This document shows positions 11,243 through 24,132 of a stretch of DNA of 48,063 bases, piece after piece (the stretch's first letter is position 1; each line of letters opens with the position of its first letter). The stretch covers positions 1-48,063 of the forward strand of contig JAUCBJ010008274.1 of NCBI GenBank assembly GCA_032718475.1, read 5' to 3'. Position numbers and translations under genes: made by a program. Origin of the DNA: Nemertoderma westbladi (taxonomy: Eukaryota; Animalia; Xenacoelomorpha). The notes below the pieces were generated by a model. The model worked only from the letters and a program-made list of their open reading frames with translations. It was not told the DNA's origin and ran no database searches.

Positions 11243-13267
11243 CCGCCCACTCCCCTCGCAATGCAATGCAACAAAGGCAGTAGCCGGGGGCCCGAAAGTT
11301 GGGAGAAATTATCCCAAACATTAGTTTCAAACTGATAACAACCGTATTTATTCATTTATTTTTCAGTGTTCAATAAATATACATAAACAAATACAAATAA
11401 ACATACAGTAGCACCATTCATAGAGCCATTAGAATCCATAGAATCATTCATAGAGCATTATATAGATTAGAGTATGCCATTGAATTTATCCTCCTATTTT
11501 AGGGGATGAATATACGCACTTTTTTAACTTTATCCTCACCTAAACGATTAGGCTGATATTTATTAATTAGTAATTTGCTCCATAGTGCGACGATCAATGA
11601 CGTCATCCCTATTTATATCGGCGATATTTGCATCGAAGTATGTCCATTGTACAATGTACTGTTCATGTGTTCAAAGTCCCGTTTTTTTCCTTATATGTAT
11701 ATATCAACGCCTAGAACCACTTTATAAGTTCACCACAGACGCATTATGATAACAAATATATCACATTATACTGTATATTATAAAATATTATTTTAAGTTT
11801 CCCTTTTATATCAGTGATTCGTTCTATTACATAGCCTGGTAGTTGCGAATGTTTATGTTTGAACTGATAAATTTAAATGATAAGCTTAATAATTTTTTGT
11901 TAATGTATATCACCAAAGTATTTTTCCGTAATCTGATCTCATTAAGTAATTGCCGCAATTTTCATTTCTAACAACTACTGCTATTAATTTAATAGCAGAA
12001 AGTACAATAAATGTTGTAAGTGGTGCTCATCCTATGTTGAATTTTAACGATTTGTTTATTTAAATTTTTTATTTAAAATAATATCCCCTTTATTTCCTTT
12101 AGTCCTCATTTGCAGACACTACCGGTAAATATATTTTCCATTCAATTTTACCAAAAATACGGGTAATAAAATATTCATCCAATCCATGATCTGGTACGTA
12201 ACACTTTAAGGAATTAAATGTCCAAGATTTTGGTCAAAGTTGTAAAATTTGAACCGCTAAACGGATTTATGTTATTCAAGTATCGTTCGAAAGCTAATTT
12301 TTTGCTCTTTAACATATAAATTGTAAAATTGTAGCACAAATGTAAAAATACATAAAAACGTAGACTTGTCAATTCAATAATATTTGTATTGCTTTGGAAG
12401 AGGTGGCGTCATAATAGATCGAAAATGAAGATTTAAAAACAAGTTTATGCCAATATATAACATACCTATGTGATCCTCATATAATTTGCAGTTCAGTAAA
12501 ACTACTTGCAGTACATTTCCATCGATTTTATCGCGACAGGAAACCCAAATATAAAGTGTAAGGAAATTATATATGTGTCGAAAAACCTCTGTAACCACTT
12601 CTTTGCATACAAAATTATATCTTGAAATTTCAGTATTATATTTCATATATAATTTCTCTATACTAAAATTTTATGTTCTATTCGGTGGAACCATCCAAAA
12701 TACCATATCTATTAGCGGTATGAAATTAGAATAAAGTTTATTACAACTACGCGAAATATAGAGACAAGCTGTTCCTTGGAAATCAAAATACAAGCTTGTA
12801 ACAAAATTCAGAGCCGGGGATAAAAAAATCCCCGGTTATGCTTCCAAGACTACCTATAGTGTTAGGCTTCATATGTATTAAGTGTCATTTTTTTAAATGA
12901 ACTGTGGATTGGCTACAGGCGCTAGAAATTCCAAGACTATTATAAAAAAAGGACTTGTCAAATATTGAGGGGTTTGTCCCTAAATATAGTAGTCTTGAAA
13001 CAATGACTTCGTGAATCCTGTGTATAAATTATAGGACAGGTATACATATTTTTCTTGACAAGTTACATATTAAATGCGCAACTTGTCAACAATATCCCAT
13101 AGGCAGGCGTACAGGGCGGGGGGCATTCTCTATGGGGCGAAATTACAGGCATAATGAAGGGCAAAATTGTTGAGTATTAAAGCTGTTTCCAACAGTATTA
13201 TATTACTGCAGAGGTGTAGGTCCACTGTTCTGTTATATACCGCACATTAATGTAAAAGCTTTAGTTT

Positions 13268-13966
13268 TAATAATAATAATAATAATTGTATTTATAAAGC
13301 GCACTATTCATGATGATCTAGGCGCTAAAGCACAGTAAAAATTAATCAATTAGAGATAAAGTTAATGTCATATAAACTAATCAGGGCAGTTTTGGTATTC
13401 CAGCTTAAAGTAAAAACTTTTTAGTTTTTTCTTGAATGAAGGCAATAAGAGCCCTCCACGCAACTCGCCTGGGAGTTAATTCCACACTGTCGGCGCCGCA
13501 AAAGAAAAAGCCCTGGCACCGTAATGCAGTAGGTTATACCTGGGGGGTTAACCAATAAATTTTGGTTACTCGAACGTAGATTTCTGGGAGGATTGTAGCG
13601 CACAAGCAAGTCACTCAAGTAATAAGGAGCGAGTCCATTTAGGCATTTGTATGTCAATAGGGCTATTTTATATTCGATGCGTCGTAATATCGGTAGCCAG
13701 TGGAGATTTCTTAATACTGGGGTCATGTGCATATGGTCCCGCTTTTTAATCCCACATAGTAGACGTGCCGCACTATTTTGTACATACTGCAATCTTGTTA
13801 ACAGTTTATGAGGTAAATCATATAGCAAGGCATTGTTGTTATCGAGTTTGCTGGAGATAAATGCATGTATTAATACCTCAAAATCAGGCTTTGTGAAATA
13901 GCGGCGCACTCTGCCAAGATTGCGGAGATGATAGTATGATTCGCTATTTAGTATTAGTTTTATCAA
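13268..13966 (-). mobile_element. 5'-truncated L2-like LINE 3' end
   Basis: ORF2 C-terminal motifs LIHAFISSKLD, LQYVQNSAARLL, TPVLRNLHWLPI, APYYLSDLL; 3' tail GCGCTTTATAAATACAA followed by (TTA)n. Confidence 0.88.
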
Positions 13967-14177
13967 AGTATTACGTTTGATTTAAGTTTTATTTAAATGT
14001 TCAAAATCCCAACATTGTTTTTTTGCGCTTTGGGGTCTTCTGAGCTTTGGAAATATGTATAATATGTCATGCTTTGGAAAACTTTATCTTTTGACCACTT
14101 TATTCGGCTTAAAGTGTTACGTGCAATCTAGCAGTTTATTCCATTTAATTCGCATTACTAATTCTAGAATACTGTAA

Positions 14178-14607
14178 TTATCCGCATCTCCAAGGCCTGT
14201 CCTTTAAGAGGCGTCTTAAGAAAGTCAGCAACAAATGTCGTCGAACCATCGTATACTGATCTGATTGCTGCAATAATTTCATCAGGAATCCCATATAATG
14301 AAAGTATGCTGAACAGAATATACGTGAGCGAGAGACTGAATCAAAGGCCTTGAAGAAGTCAACAAAGATAACAGCCAGATGCCTGTCTTTCTTTTTTGTT
14401 AACTCTTCAATTATCCTTATAAGTGTGCTCCATGGTCTCCCGCCCTTTACGGAACCCATTCTGATTTCCACGGAGCAGTCTCTCAATGGGATCCCTGATG
14501 CGATTTAATATAATTCTATTGTATAGCTTTGCAGCAATCGAGATCAATGAGATTCCCCGAAAAGAACCATAAAGTGTTAGGTTGCCCTTCTTGGGAACTG
14601 GCACCAA
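14178..14607 (-). mobile_element. Frameshifted non-LTR reverse transcriptase fragment (RTE-like)
   Basis: PVPKKGNL..FRGISLISIAAKLYNRII..NQNGFRKGR and IFVDFFKAFDSVSR lie in different frames. Confidence 0.85.
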
Positions 14608-14866
14608 CTTATTTGTTTTTATTTATTGTGGAATTTTCTTTGTCGATTAAATTTCTATTATGATATTTTTTGCATTTTTTTTAATCTTTTCTAGTTTTTA
14701 TTTTTTTTTTATAGTTTTTATTTATTACCGGTGCAGTATTCTTTGTCCGGTTCATAATAGAAGCTACCGGTGGCAGACTAGGTATTTGTACAATAATTAC
14801 TTCAATGAGATAAAAACAGTCATTGATAATTCCATTTTGTACTTAGACTTTTGCATTCTTAGCATT

Positions 14867-15361
14867 ATGGGGCTATCTTGTGAGTTATCAAGAGAATACA
14901 CCTTGGATTTGGGGAGAATTGCTTATCAACAAATAGTTGCCTGGTGGAAAGGGCAAATATCCTCTGATACACTCTGTCGGAGGATTATAAACGCGGTATT
15001 TATAGTAGTTGGCACAACATCTAGTGCAGGTGCTGGATTGTACTTTGGTGCCAGCGTTGGTGGTGCTGTTGGAGGACCTATAGGTGCTTGCACTGGGGGT
15101 GCATTTGGTGTCGCTTTAGGAGGGTATATCGGTTACAAAGTTGCCGAACGTTTGATTAATTGGTTCTCAACTCATGTTTTTCTTAAGGAACGTGCAAAAG
15201 CATTACAGAAAGCTTACCGTTTCTTTGACCTGCCCTCAAATTGTTCCAACGAAAAGCTGAACGAACGTTATGAACAGCTCATGGCCCAATGCCAAGATGA
15301 CGAAGGAGTTAAGAAAGGGACGATTGCATCTGAAATGGCTATTATTGGAATGTCAAGATAA
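14867..15361 (+). CDS. Glycine-zipper membrane protein with a degenerate J-domain-like C-terminus (164 aa from the ATG at 14867)
   Basis: GASVGGAVGGPIGACTGGAFGVALGGYIG hydrophobic Gly zipper, then AYRFFDLPSNCSNEKLNERYEQL (J helix I/II-like, no HPD). The upstream part of the listed ORF is T-rich and non-coding-like. Confidence 0.65.
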   Translation: MGLSCELSREYTLDLGRIAYQQIVAWWKGQISSDTLCRRIINAVFIVVGTTSSAGAGLYFGASVGGAVGGPIGACTGGAFGVALGGYIGYKVAERLINWFSTHVFLKERAKALQKAYRFFDLPSNCSNEKLNERYEQLMAQCQDDEGVKKGTIASEMAIIGMSR

Positions 15362-16016
15362 ACTATCTCGCGGTGCATTTACCAGGGGTTACTGAGTAAC
15401 TATCTGTAACCAACTCTAACTGAAATAATATGATTTATTTAAGTTTAATTATGTTATTGATATATTGGTAACATATACAGTATAGGCAAGGCAATACGTC
15501 CACATTAAAGACTGCGTAACATTAATACGTATTAAGTACTATAATTGAATTATTTAATAATTAATATTTTAAAAAGATTAATATAGTAAATATTCAAAGC
15601 TCATGTAATTAAGCTATTCTATCCTTATTATTGTGATCTGAGTTAAGCAAATCGTAAGTCGTGTCAAATTAAATTACCGATTGTCTTCGAATATGAATCA
15701 TTTAATGTGTGCATGCCCTGCTCTATCCCCTAAAATAGTCAATTAATTTTAGTTGTTAGTTTTAATTTTAATCCTTGATCAATTTGGGAATTCTATATAA
15801 TACAATCGCGACTTTTGGAAGTGAAATTGGAAACAAAATAATGTCTTTGCGCACGATTTAATGTATCCAGGTGTTTTAGGCCAAATGCATTGCATATTTC
15901 ACAGAATTCCAACATGCGCCGGCAGGGGTAGGGGATGATGGCAGCTTTGAAATCAGTCTCAGGCATAATTATTTTGTATGTTTTTTATTGATTTATTTAT
16001 ATTGAATTTATTTCAG

Positions 16017-16876
16017 GGTCTTTTATTAATGGGACACCGAATTCCGGTACTGGTACGATAAAGCAGGAATATTGTGAACCTGCACTAGCGGAACCTGCAC
16101 TAGATGGCGCAGAACACAATACATGTATTACACCTAATAATGTTAACTTTAATGGCATGCAGGTTAAGCAAGAGGGGGATTTCATTCAAAGACCTCAGAC
16201 AATTCCGAAAGCCAAAAGCGAAGAGCTACTGAAAAATGCAGAACCTCCAGAAACTCTACAGGATAATGAAACAAAACAGTTCCCCTTCACTATTACCGAT
16301 ATCAAGAGTTTGGCAACAGTTAATGGTGTCCCGAGTACAACGTCTTGGTGCAGTATCCGTCCCGAAGGATACCAACTACGCCCCAGGTGCAAGCGCACCC
16401 ACTTGGTTTCTAAACCGAAAAGGTTTAAAAGAGAATCGAATCCAAAGCCTGTGAATAATAAACCGATCCGAATTACCAGCTTTGCGAGGTTTCTAAAATG
16501 CGAAAGGGAACGTTTGTATGTACTGTATCCGGGTGGCCGGGTAGGATTTACGGAATTTGTCAAATATTGTTCCCGGAAGTGGAAAGGGATGAGTGACGTT
16601 CAAAAAGTTCCATATGTGAAAATGTGGGAAAACAAAGTCGTCCAAAACGGTAGGGAACTGATACTGAAGCGTAATCGGGGTCTTCCACGTTGGTCGTCAT
16701 TCATCATATTTTCTATGGAACATCGCAAACTTATTCGTTCGTCTCATCCCGATTGGTCAATGTGTCGTGTTTCCATAGAATTAGGAAGGAAATGGCGGGA
16801 TTTGGATCCTGATTTGAAACTAAAGTATAAGACGACAAGCAAGGAAGTGGGGGTCGGTAGCTTTGGCGATGGTTAA
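16017..16876 (+). CDS. Double HMG-box protein, main exon; upstream exon unresolved
   Basis: Two boxes: ITSFARFLKCER..FTEFVKYCSRKWKGMSDVQKVPY and WSSFIIFSMEHRKLIRSSHPDWSMCRVSIELGRKWRDLDPDLKLKY. The frame is open back to a TTTCAG acceptor at 16016. Confidence 0.8.
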
Positions 16877-17719
16877 TGGTCATTGTAAATAGCAATAATG
16901 TGATCAGTTTTATTGTCAATTGTTATTAATCAGGCTATCGATCAGATATTGTTGTTGGTCACTGAACAGATAATGTTATTGATCCTGATATTGTTTTTGA
17001 ATCTAATACCCAAGAAATGTATGTCCCGATATATCATTTTGTTATGCATGCATGCATGTTATTTGTTAAGAAGAATTGTATTCCTGTATATTTAGTTAAG
17101 AGTAATTAATATTGATATACTTAGACAAAGTAATTACTTTGACTACATATAAAAATTATTACGCCTATTTCGATATTATTTAAATGATTCATTCACCTCT
17201 ATGCACTTATTGTAGAATTTACCAACTATATTTAACTTAATTACAGTAATTATGACTTTAAAATGTCCCCCCCCCCCCCCCCCCCCGGTACAGCGAGCAG
17301 TCAGCAATGCAACTATCTACTTATATTATTAGATCATGATTATTGTTCATATGTTTAGTAAGTAGATACTATATTATGTAAGATTATTATTGAATGAAAT
17401 ATATTTATTTTGCAACTAATAATATGTATAGCGTGACTCATTTTAATATGTTTGCTATTGAATCAATACAAGGAATTTATGTAAAAAGCAACTTTACTAT
17501 CGTTTAGTAAGTTATAACGTCCGCCGGATCGGGGATATATTCAAAATATAAGAATGCCCACATAAGAGCTGCGGGTGATTTCATTTTTGATAGCAGTTTT
17601 CATGTTTGATGGAATTTTTTGATATGTTGTAGACATTTGTTTGTAATTAAAATTAAAGTTGAGATAAGTTGGGAAATTATATTTGTCACATAAACAATAT
17701 CAACCCCGATACGGTCATT

Positions 17720-18004
17720 AAGCGGGGCGAGCCACGTAAGTCCAGGTGAGCTTTAGCATTGGGTATAATTAGTGTACCCGTCTGTCGTCGTTGTCATAAA
17801 TGTTTGAACGCTAACAAGTCGGTTAATCCTTGATGAAATGGAACCAAACTTGGTACACATCTAGTCTATCAAGAGCTTAGAAATACAACACACAGACAGA
17901 CTTTTATAGTTCATCTGTCGACCGCTAGGGGGCAAATGACTAGGTCCACTAATTGTACCCAAACGCCAACGCTCGTCTGGACTTACGTTGCGCGATGGCC
18001 TCAC
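17720..18004 (-). mobile_element. Helentron/DINE-like short element of a related family
   Basis: Subterminal inverted repeat ACGTAAGTCCAG / CTGGACTTACGT; 3' end CGTGGCTCGCCCCGC on the minus strand; CCAAACTTGG motif and CAGA repeats. Confidence 0.55.
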
Positions 18005-18669
18005 TAACGTGTATCATGGTGTTATATACAGTACAGTGTTACTGCCGTGCAATGTGAAAAGACCGCAAGTCACAAAAAGTCATTTCAAGTACAACGCAAA
18101 TTACTGTTTTCCTTCAGATTTGTTGGTTTAAAATGTCCGTAAATTACAAATTTTTTATAACCCGACGTAATTGGGGGTGGGAAATTTATCTACTTTTTTA
18201 CTTTCCATTAATATTTTAACTTCAGGATTATATTATGTACTTACGGTGTTTTTGCCTAGTACAACCTGTATGTAAATACACGAAGTGGGGCCTTCGCGCA
18301 GCACGTGACTTAAATTTAATTTAAGTACTAATTCGAAAGTATTACTGTATTAGCAAATTTTAAGCAGATTTCGCCTAATCACTTTTTACCTCTTTCATTT
18401 CTATTCAGACATTTCTGACTCTAGCGGTATAGTGAGAACTGAAGATGGATTAGGGTCTCCAGCCCCACAAAGACACAGCCTATGGATGAATAGTACATAC
18501 GTACATCGGCCAAGTTTCATCTTGAATAACGGATAACGAAATGAGAGACGGATCTCACTTTCAGAAATTTCGTCGTATAGCGGCAGACCGATTAAATCTC
18601 CCCCCCCCCCCCCCCCCCCCCACAAAGACGCAGCATGTGGTCCAGAATATATGGCAAGATTCAGCTTAA

Positions 18670-21217
18670 CATGAATTTCATCGTTACGGAATTACATTTC
18701 GCACGACTTTTCCCAGATAAAGTGTTACATGATGATTCGAAGATGATATAAATGAACTTTAATTTGTGGAGCATAGTAAGACAAATTATCAGAGAACTTG
18801 TTGGTTTCGTTAGTTTTATTCAATTTGCCTCGGATTTATTGTTTTTAATATCGCAAACATTACGTTACGGAATTACACAAAAAAGACAAGGCTTTTTTCG
18901 AATTTTTTTAAAGTGAAAGTTCTGCGAATTATTTAGTTTTAAATTTTAACTAAACATATTGCGCATAAGTAGAGATGTTCTAATTGCCCGCCATGGTAAA
19001 GATTAAGCAGATTTAGCAATCACTTTGGTGTTACAGCTTTATTGGTGTCGTTACGGAATTACAAACCAGATCGTTACGGAATTTCTTGCGAATTTGCGAA
19101 GTTATTGAACTGGGATAATTGTCATCGTGATATACATACAACACCATGGCCTGGAATATAGTGTCGTAATTCAATGGCATGACCCCCCGTCAATTTTTCT
19201 ACAAGTCTTAATGAGATTGATTAAAATTTGAAACAGAGAGGATTTCATTTCCCGACCACTTAGTTTTTTAATCTATAGCTACAAGCATTTCAAAAATGAG
19301 TCGCCGGTTATGTTATTGCACCAGTTACACAGCTATTTCCCAACCAAATTCAAATGTTTTTACATCCTTGGAATCCTTGCACAGCCAGCTTTACATCAGC
19401 ACAGCACCAACAAATCACTATAAGGTTGAAGAATAACTGCGGTGGAACTGGTGCAATATCGGCGGAGACACTTTTTTTTATCGCTTCTAGCTAAAGATTG
19501 AAAGCAAAAATAAAAATAATGGCTCATCATCTCATTTATCATTACGATTTGTAGAAATATTTGGTGGGGGGGGGAGGGGGGGGGGGGTCGTTTCATTGAA
19601 TTACGACAATATATTCCGCACACATGTTCTATAAAAATGGTAATTTAATACAATACTTTGAATGCCAATGTTAGAGGTAACGACAATAAAGTCTCTCAGT
19701 GTACCAGTCTACATCAACACTAAAGTCTCGCAGTGTACCAGTGTACACCAACACTAAAGTCTCGCAGTGTACCAGTCTACACCAACACTAACGTCTCTCA
19801 GTGTACCAGTCTAAATCAACACTAACGTCTCGCAGTGTACCAGTCTACACCAACACTATCGTCTCGCAGTGTACCAGTCTACACCACCACTAACGTCTCC
19901 CAGTGTACCAGTCTACACCAACACTAACGTCTCTCAGTGTACCAGTCTACATCAACACTGACGTCTCTCAGTGTACCAGTCTACACCAACACTAACGTAC
20001 CGTAGTGTACCAGTCTACACCAACACTAACGTCTCGCAGTGTACCAGTCTACACCAACTCCAACGTCTCCCAGTGTACCAGTCTACACCAACAATAACGC
20101 CTCGCAGTGTACTAGTCTACACCAACACTATCGCCTCGCAGTGTACCAGTCTACACCACCACTAACGTCTCCCAGTGTACCAGTCTACACCAACACTAAC
20201 GTCTCTCAGTGTACCAGTCTACATCAACACTAACGTCTCGCAGTGTTCCAGTCTACACCAACACTATCGTCTCGCAGTGTACCAGTCTACACCAACATTA
20301 ACGTATCGCAGTGTACCAGTCTACACCAACACTAACGTCTCGCAGTGTACCAGTCTACACCAACACTAAAGTCTCGCGGTGTACCAGTCTACACCAACAC
20401 TAACGTCTCGCAGTGTACCAGTCTACACCAACAATAACGTCTCTCAGTGTACCATCCTACACCAACACTAACGTCTCTCAGTGTACCAGTCCAAACCAAA
20501 ACTAACGTCTCTCAGTGTACCAGTCTACATCAACACTAACGTCTCGAAATGTACCAGTCTACACCAACAATAACGTCTCGCGGTGTATCACTCTACAGTC
20601 TACACCAAGACTAACGTCACGCATTGTTGGAAAATTGTAATTCCGTAACGTAATTCCGTAACGTGAAATTGTAATTCCGTAACGCAAATATCTCGACTTA
20701 TATATCACATTGCCACAAAAAGATAACAATTGCGTATTGCCCAGCGGTTAGAGGAAGAGAATTTAAAATTTGAATGTCACATATTGAGTAGCTTAAAAGC
20801 TATTTTAAAAAATGTCATGTTTTCGTTACGGAATTACGAAATTCGCAATAGCGTTTTGTTATTTTTTCAAACGAAGTTGATTTCTTTCTAGGAAACCAAA
20901 ATTAATTTATTTCTTAACTACAACCGAGGTTGAACCATCACTCACACAGGCAAATAAACAGACTAGGATTAATGTTATTTATAATGACTGTATTATGCCC
21001 TTAATTGTAGGTAAAATTCGCACAGAGATTTTGGAAAATGTAAAATAATGTTCAGTCAATTTCAACTTACAAGTAGGAGCCCACATATAACGGAATTTGC
21101 TTCCAATTTCTCATTTCAGATAATTTAGGATATTAGGCATGATATCCAATCATTAAAAAGATTATCCGCGAAGGTTTTTTTATGACCCTCTATGTCCGTT
21201 TATTCGTGAAATTCATG
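18670..21217. mobile_element. TTAA-targeted non-autonomous DNA transposon (piggyBac-like target site)
   Basis: TTAA|CATGAATTTCA ... TGAAATTCATG|TTAA; host sequence CAGCTTAA..GATTAAAA resumes after it; multiple internal GTTACGGAATTAC motifs in both orientations. Confidence 0.7.
19684..20622 (+). repeat. 34-bp satellite, about 27 copies (CAGTGTACCAGTCTACACCAACACTAACGTCTCG)
   Basis: Directly visible tandem array with no unique spacers. Confidence 0.95.
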
Positions 21218-22044
21218 TTAAAACTGATTAAAATCAATGAGACGGGAGAATCTATTCACTTTCAGGCATAAAGTAGTCCTATAGCGGGTGACTGTTGAAC
21301 TGATTTTCAACAAAACAAATTTTCAACTTGGCAGCTTTAAATTCGACAAAGTTATAAGCATGTCAATATCATAACGACGACAACGATTTCACTTTCAGAC
21401 ATTTGGCCCTCTAGCGGCAGACTGGAGAACTGCAGATGGATTCGCCTCCTTTGAAAGTCACAGCTAATGGTCTAATACATATCTGCCAAGTTTCAGCTTA
21501 AACGGATTAAAAGCAAAGAAATGGGAGGGCATTTAATGTTTAGACATGTGGCCCTCTAGCGGGAGACCATTGCACTGATGGTGTCTGAAAGTCTCTCAAA
21601 AATCTCAACTTTAGCTCATATTGATACCTACAAATTTTCAACTTGGCAGCTTTAAATCCGACAAAGTTATTAGCATGTCAAAATCGTAACGACGACAACG
21701 ATTTCACTTTCAGACCTTTGGCCCTCTAGCGGCAGACTGGAGAACTGCAGATGGATTCGCCTCCTTTGAAAGTCACAGCTAATGGTCTAATACATATCTG
21801 CCAAGTTTCAGCTTAAACGGATTAAAAGCAAAGAAATGGGAGGGCATTTAATGTTTAGACATGTGGCCCTCTAGCGGGAGACCATTGCACTGATGGTGTC
21901 TGAAAGTCTCTCAAAAATCTCAACTTTTGCTCATATTGATACCTACAAATTTTCAACTTGGCAGCTTTAAATCCGACAAAGTTATTAGCATGTCAAAATC
22001 GTAACGACGACGACGACGACAACGACGACGACGACGACAACGAC

Positions 22045-22076
<32 letters not shown>

Positions 22077-23499
22077 CAACTATTTGCATAAATTGACCCA
22101 CCCCCTAACAGTGTCAATTCGCTAAGGCTCCGCCAACTTCGTGGCTCGCCCCACATTCGATACAATACAAAAACAAATGTCACAATATGACAACACCGCA
22201 AGTCTGTCAGTAGCGGTGTTTTTCCATTGTGTAAATTTAATGCACTCATTAAGCGCACCCCCCCCCTGCGGTTTTTTAATTTGTAAATATCTCGAAAGTG
22301 AATGCATAAACAAAAAAAACTTGGGAACGAGGAATTATTATGAAATAAAAAAAACTACCGGAAATTTATCGAAGTTTAAGAAATTACCTATCATATGGAG
22401 CGAAAATAACAAAAAACGGGCCCAGAATTTGCAGAGGCTGAGTGTTTGTTTGCGTGAAAAATCTCTTTCCGAGAAAATTGTCTTAAAGTTTAAATCTTTC
22501 CGCTCAAAACTGTCTGTCTGGGGTCTGGTTGGTTAATAACGTCTGGCTTGAAGGAAGCCCACCACAGAGCTTTAATTTTCATTATGGTGGTTTTCGAAGT
22601 CAGTGATTTAATTCCCAATGTCAATTTTTATGTTCGGTACAATCTAGTCTGTCTGACTATTGGTCTAGTTCTGGCTGAGTGTCTAAACTTACATTTTGAC
22701 GGTTGGGTTAGACGAGCAGACATAGAGAGACAGTGATAACTCGAAAACTATAAAAAGGGATCTCGCTTAAAGCACTTAGAAGGAATTATCGGCCTTTCTA
22801 CATTGCATATCTCGACAACTATGTATAGTGGATACGGTATTCTCGATTATACCATTAGATAGACCGCATTTTTTTTACACCCAGAAAAAGTGAAAAAGTG
22901 AATTTTAAAAAGATGCGACTTACGGTCTTTTTACATTGCACGGCAGAGTAGCTCAAAATAGTGCGGAGATAGGTTGAGCCGCGAATTGCTTTTTAACAAC
23001 ATTTAATGAAAAAGTGACAAATACGATCTGACAATTATTATACATGTGTACAACACTACTGTGACTGTACTATACATGCAATCGTATTTGTGAAAATTAT
23101 TTGTAAATTAAAGTGTTCCTCATACAAACATTCACCCCCGTCCACTTCTTAGTTCCTTTTAACTCAAAACTTTTTAACTGACAAATAAATTTATAAATTT
23201 AATATAATTATTTATAAGTGAATAATAAACTGCTCAGAATATAAGTAAATAATTATGGATTATTTAAAATTTAATTAATCTACTGTAAATGCTTGTGGCG
23301 AATTATCTGAATCGTGGCCGTAAAGTGGTTCGGAGTATGTCTAAAAAAATAATCAAAATAATAAAGAATTAAAAAGTCTAATATGTTATGAAAAAATCTC
23401 TAATAATTACTTCTTACTGTTAGGCGAGTCAATCTATCCAAAAAGGGGATAAACCAATTTTTTTATTCAATATTACCTTGTTGATACCCCAAAAAAGCA

Positions 23500-24132
23500 T
23501 AATAACTATTTACATACTTGTGTGTTAAGTAGCTCTTTACAGTGTGATGATCCGAGTGGCTTTGTTACACGAACGAACGTTAGTGAGTGAGTGAAAATAA
23601 AGCCACGAGGATCAGAACACTGTAAAGTACTATGCAACAAAGTACGTATGTAGTTTTATTCCAAAATTTTAACATTACGAAATGATTGTACATGTACATT
23701 ATAAGTGATAGAAACTGCACAAATTATATTAGTTGCTGTATAAATAAATGTAAAAATGACATAAATTATGTTATAAATAAGTTAGCTTATATTTATGGTT
23801 GCGTTTTGAGCCATGTTATAATAATATAGCTAGGCCCTACTGGTTATTAATAGCTATACCCCGCCTACCGGTAGGTAATGCAGTAGGCCTATCTGGCTGT
23901 CAGGCAAATTTCCACCTATTGTTTTCGTGGTATCCAATGACGGCGTTACGTAATGTCCCCTTAGTGGACATTACTTAACGCCGTCATGGGTTGCCACGTA
24001 AACAATAACACCAAATACAATACTATACAGGCCAATACAATGCTGTAATGTCCTCTAAAGTTGTAAAGTGCTAAATAACAACTCGCTGTTAATACTAAGG
24101 GCGTTGAGTAATGTTACAATTTTGGAATAAAA
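23500..24132. mobile_element. Unclassified non-coding element with two long hairpins
   Basis: Imperfect palindromes at about 23500-23660 and 23918-24007; inverted pair TTTTATTCCAAAATTTTAACA (23654) / TGTTACAATTTTGGAATAAAA (ending about 24132). Confidence 0.55.

Larger units (their letters stand above)
18282..22154 (+). mobile_element. Long Helentron/DINE-like element with tandem 315-bp cores and a (GAC)n microsatellite, interrupted by 18670-21217
   Basis: Same termini as 1046-1511; core period of 315 bp (21317, 21632, 21947); microsatellite at 22005-22079. Confidence 0.65.

Noticed and set aside
12200-13020. Repeated CAAGACTA motifs in both orientations
   Set aside because: Probably a TE relic, but termini and TSD could not be defined.
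17267-17286. Long poly-C/poly-G runs here and at about 585, 1599, 9484, 18600, 40154, 40347, 46731
   Set aside because: Several lie inside repeat elements; no evidence of a separate function, and homopolymer lengths are unreliable.
19684-20622. CRISPR-like 34-bp repeats and Thr/Ser-rich ORFs
   Set aside because: Head-to-tail units without spacers; the period is not a multiple of 3 and the frames stop repeatedly.
21953-22258. Protamine-like poly-Arg ORF
   Set aside because: Arises from the (GAC)n microsatellite of a repeat element.
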